Assembly (NCBI GenBank): GCA_965215125.1
Contig: OZ244052.1
Location: 160,001 to 224,000, forward strand
Reading direction: 5' to 3'
DNA: 64,000 nt
Source of the DNA: an uncultured candidatus Porisulfidus sp.
Lineage (GTDB): Bacteria; Pseudomonadota; Gammaproteobacteria; Poriferisulfidales; Oxydemutatoraceae
Shown: positions 61,171 to 64,000 of the stretch, one piece after another
How the letters are laid out: the number at the start of each line of letters is the position of its first letter
Numbering within the stretch: the first letter of the stretch is position 1
Program-made: the position numbers and the translations under genes
Notes under the pieces: generated by a model
Databases searched by the model: none
What the model saw: only the letters and a program-made list of their open reading frames with translations
Told to the model about the DNA's origin: nothing

Positions 61171-61812
61171 TTATTTACCGATTTCCGCTTCTACTTCGGT
61201 CAGACTTTTACGAAAGGCAGGACGCTCAAAAACGCGCCTGGCATATTGACGGATCGGGCTACTGTTCTTTTTAGGCAGATCAACATTCAAGCTGGATAAA
61301 CGCCACAAGATAGGTGCTATGCTGCAATCCAGTATGCTGAATTCATCATCCCAGAAAAAACGATTTACTTTGAATGCGTCGGCATGGGCTATTAACATTT
61401 CTTGCATTGCTTTTTTCGCCGTGTTCGCTATTCTCCTGCTGGGCGACGACAATTTTTTCACTTGATTGTACCAGTCGTGTTCTAAGTGGTACATTGCCAT
61501 CCGAAAGTTGGCGCGTGAAATTGGATCGGGTGGAATCATCGGTGGATGCGGATAACGTTCATCTACATATTCCAATATAATACGCGGTTCGTATACGGTG
61601 ATGTCGCGATCGACCAGTGTAGGCACCGAGTTATAGGGATTGACCTCGGCAAGTTCCGGCGGTTTGTTGGTTCCGTCAACGATAATCGTTTCGTAATCAA
61701 GTTCTTTTTCGGCTAACAGAAAACGAACACGATGGCACTGCGGACACGAAGGCGCAGAATAGAGTTTTAGGGTAAATTGTCTATCGAGGAGCGAGTAGTT
61801 ATTTCTCGACAT
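61171..61812 (-). CDS. sspA: Stringent starvation protein A (GST fold)
   Basis: HRVRFLLAEK, NPYNSVPTLVDRD, YVDERYPHPP, DCSIAPILWRL. Follows petC. Confidence 0.95.
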   Translation of the reverse strand: MSRNNYSLLDRQFTLKLYSAPSCPQCHRVRFLLAEKELDYETIIVDGTNKPPELAEVNPYNSVPTLVDRDITVYEPRIILEYVDERYPHPPMIPPDPISRANFRMAMYHLEHDWYNQVKKLSSPSRRIANTAKKAMQEMLIAHADAFKVNRFFWDDEFSILDCSIAPILWRLSSLNVDLPKKNSSPIRQYARRVFERPAFRKSLTEVEAEIGK

Positions 61813-62566
61813 CTTTCCAGTATTCTTGTTTTAGCAAATAGACTACCGCCAATAAACCGAGCAAGAATAAAATAACCCAAATGCCGACACTTTGACGTTC
61901 CAGTTTTGCCGGCTCCGCCAGATAACTCAAAAAAGTAACTATGTCCCTGACCACTCTGTCGTACTCTTCCGCCGACAAAGTGCCGGGCTTGATCAATTCA
62001 AAATCGGCAATGATTTGTCTCTGGTTGCCGTTTTCATCGGTGATAGTCTCGTATACCGGCTTTTGCCAGCCTTGTAAATCCCACATTACATGCGGCATGG
62101 CAACATGCTGGAATATTGCGTTGTTGACTCCCATAGGGCGCGTGTCGTCCAAATAGAAAGCCTTGAGATAAGTATAGAGCCAGTCCTTGCCTCGTGCGCG
62201 AGAGACCAAGGTTAAGTCCGGCGGCACCGCGCCGAACCAACTACGCGCACCTGCGTCGGGCATCGACACCACCATCAAATCTCCGACTTTGCTGTCGGTG
62301 AATATAAAATCTTCTTTCACCAACTCTTCGCTCAACCCTAAATCGCGGCCGACCCATTTATAGCGCGCATAGCGAGAACTATGACAGCTTAAACAATAAT
62401 TGACAAAGTATTTTGCGCCGCGTTGTAGCGTGTTGCGGTTATGTATGTCTATTTCTATACTCTGCAACGGATACCCTTGCGAGACCGCTGCACCGACATT
62501 GGATGGCGTCGCCGGCAAAAATAGCACTGTCAATGCGACAAACGATAGACGAAAATGCCACCTCAT
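61799..62566 (-). CDS. petC: Cytochrome c1
   Basis: LQRGAKYFVNYCLSCHS, PPDLTL, MPHV, C-terminal TM. ATG at 62566 overlaps the petB stop (ATGA); the track start at 62671 is too long. Confidence 0.96.
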   Translation of the reverse strand: MRWHFRLSFVALTVLFLPATPSNVGAAVSQGYPLQSIEIDIHNRNTLQRGAKYFVNYCLSCHSSRYARYKWVGRDLGLSEELVKEDFIFTDSKVGDLMVVSMPDAGARSWFGAVPPDLTLVSRARGKDWLYTYLKAFYLDDTRPMGVNNAIFQHVAMPHVMWDLQGWQKPVYETITDENGNQRQIIADFELIKPGTLSAEEYDRVVRDIVTFLSYLAEPAKLERQSVGIWVILFLLGLLAVVYLLKQEYWKDVEK

Positions 62567-63972
62567 GCGTGCACTCTTTCGGGTTCGGGTTTGTCCTCCG
62601 ACCATTGAGTAAAACTTTTCATCGTCGGCAAAAGTAGTTGTATTGATAGATAAACTACCGGAATAAACCATGAATAGATAACTAACTCGGGGGTTTGGTC
62701 ATAGATCCTCTGCGCATCGTAAATGCTGATCAAGGCAACCCAAAATACCAGCCATCCCCTATTGAATAAATTAGAGCGCGGTTTGCTATGCATCCACAAT
62801 ATAAAGAAAAACAAAAAGTAAAGCTCGCTGAAGCGCACCGCCATCTCGGTGCGAAACGGGTTGACCGATAAGGTTCCCAAATAACCCAAGTAGATAAAAA
62901 CAACCACAAATACGGCAAGGTTGAGTTTATGCAAAACACTGCGATAGCGAACCGACTTAACCGGATTTTTATCTATCCACGGCATAAAGAATAAGATGAT
63001 AATAGACGCACCCATCGCCAGTACACCGTACCACGGGTCGGGGATCGCACGCAACACCGTATAGAAAGGTGTGAAATACCAAAGCGGTGATATATGCTCG
63101 GGTGTCACCAGAGGATTCGCCTCTATGAAGTTGTTATGCTCCAGAAAATAACCGCCCATCTCCGGGATATAAAATACGACGATAGAGAAAAACAGCAAGA
63201 ACACGACCAAACCGACGATATCCTTGACCGTGTAATAAGGATGAAACGGGATGCCGTCTACGGGCTTGCCGTCGGCAGCTTTGTTTTTCTTAATCTCAAT
63301 CCCATCGGGGTTGTTGGAACCTACCTCGTGGAGTGCAACGATATGCATGAAAACCAAACCTACCAGTATCAACGGAAATGCAATCACATGAAAAGCAAAA
63401 AAACGATTGAGCGTTGCATCCGACACAACATAGTCACCGCGTATCCAAATTGCCAAATCCTCACCGATATAAGGAATAGCCCCGAACAAATTGATGATGA
63501 CTTGCGCACCCCAATAAGACATCTGCCCCCACGGCAATAGATAACCCATGAACGCTTCCGCCATCAAAGCGACATAAATGAACATCCCGATAATCCACAG
63601 CAACTCACGCGGTTTTTTGAACGAACCATACAATAATGCACGAAACATATGCAGATAAATAACAATGAAAAATGCCGATGCGCCCGTGGAGTGCATATAG
63701 CGAATCAACCACCCCCACTCTACATCACGCATGATATATTCAACCGACGCAAAAGCACTCGCCGCATCGGGTTTGTAATGCATGGTTAGAAAAATACCGG
63801 TGAATATCTGTAGTACTAATATAAATAATGCAAGCGAACCGAAGAAATACCAAAAGTTAAAATTCTTGGGCGCATAATAACCGGCAAGATGGTCTTGCCA
63901 TATTTTACTCAGAGGGAAACGCTCGTCTATCCAACCCAAAAGACCGGTCGTCTTCTGCTCGGTCTGCTCCAT
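62563..63972 (-). CDS. petB: Cytochrome b of the bc1 complex
   Basis: WYFFGSL, RYMHSTGAS, LPWGQMSYWGAQVI, FHPYYTVKD, TPEHISPLWYF. Confidence 0.98.
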   Translation of the reverse strand: MEQTEQKTTGLLGWIDERFPLSKIWQDHLAGYYAPKNFNFWYFFGSLALFILVLQIFTGIFLTMHYKPDAASAFASVEYIMRDVEWGWLIRYMHSTGASAFFIVIYLHMFRALLYGSFKKPRELLWIIGMFIYVALMAEAFMGYLLPWGQMSYWGAQVIINLFGAIPYIGEDLAIWIRGDYVVSDATLNRFFAFHVIAFPLILVGLVFMHIVALHEVGSNNPDGIEIKKNKAADGKPVDGIPFHPYYTVKDIVGLVVFLLFFSIVVFYIPEMGGYFLEHNNFIEANPLVTPEHISPLWYFTPFYTVLRAIPDPWYGVLAMGASIIILFFMPWIDKNPVKSVRYRSVLHKLNLAVFVVVFIYLGYLGTLSVNPFRTEMAVRFSELYFLFFFILWMHSKPRSNLFNRGWLVFWVALISIYDAQRIYDQTPELVIYSWFIPVVYLSIQLLLPTMKSFTQWSEDKPEPERVHA

Positions 63973-64000
63973 CTAAGCTTTCTCCTTTTCCGATTCGCCG
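63973..64000 (-). CDS. petA: Probable 3' end of the Rieske subunit gene (partial)
   Basis: ...GESEKEKA-TAG abuts the petB ATG. Assigned by petABC gene order only. Confidence 0.5.

Noticed and set aside
1-64000. Apparent excess of CCG/CGG words (ACCG, CCGA, CCGG), perhaps a methylation or very-short-patch-repair bias
   Set aside because: Visual impression only, confounded by Gly-rich repeats. It needs a codon-corrected k-mer analysis.

Overview
Gammaproteobacterial chromosome window, possibly a Chromatiales-like or host-associated lineage (inference). The left ~47 kb is a surface-structure island with two paralogous giant minus-strand genes. One is a >5,750-aa ORF starting at 17279 and running off the left edge, which the ORF track misses; the other is a complete 7,236-aa ORF. 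Both encode Sec-signal proteins built from Ca-binding DxDxDG / GLUG beta-helix / cadherin-like modules. Between them lies a compact plus-strand cassette of the T2SS/type IV pilus kind: fused PilM-PilN, PilO, PilP, a short lipoprotein secretin and a short PilB/GspE ATPase. A complete IS3-family element (terminal IRs, ATAT target duplication, possible passenger ORF) sits 17 bp upstream of the first giant gene. A Mu-like phage fragment (PBECR2-like domain, ~100-nt stem-loop, gpG-like stub) and a 46-bp duplication follow the ATPase. The right ~17 kb is housekeeping with shuffled synteny: clpP, tig, tRNA-Leu, CPBP protease, rnpB, tRNA-Thr, dnaE, rnhB, cytochrome c, orn, rseC, degP/mucD, an orphan membrane fusion protein, a pentapeptide protein, sspA, petCB. 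Dispersed REP-like palindromes occur throughout, plus a 29-nt bulged hairpin with compensatory substitutions in three copies. All family calls come from reading motifs by eye; no searches were run.
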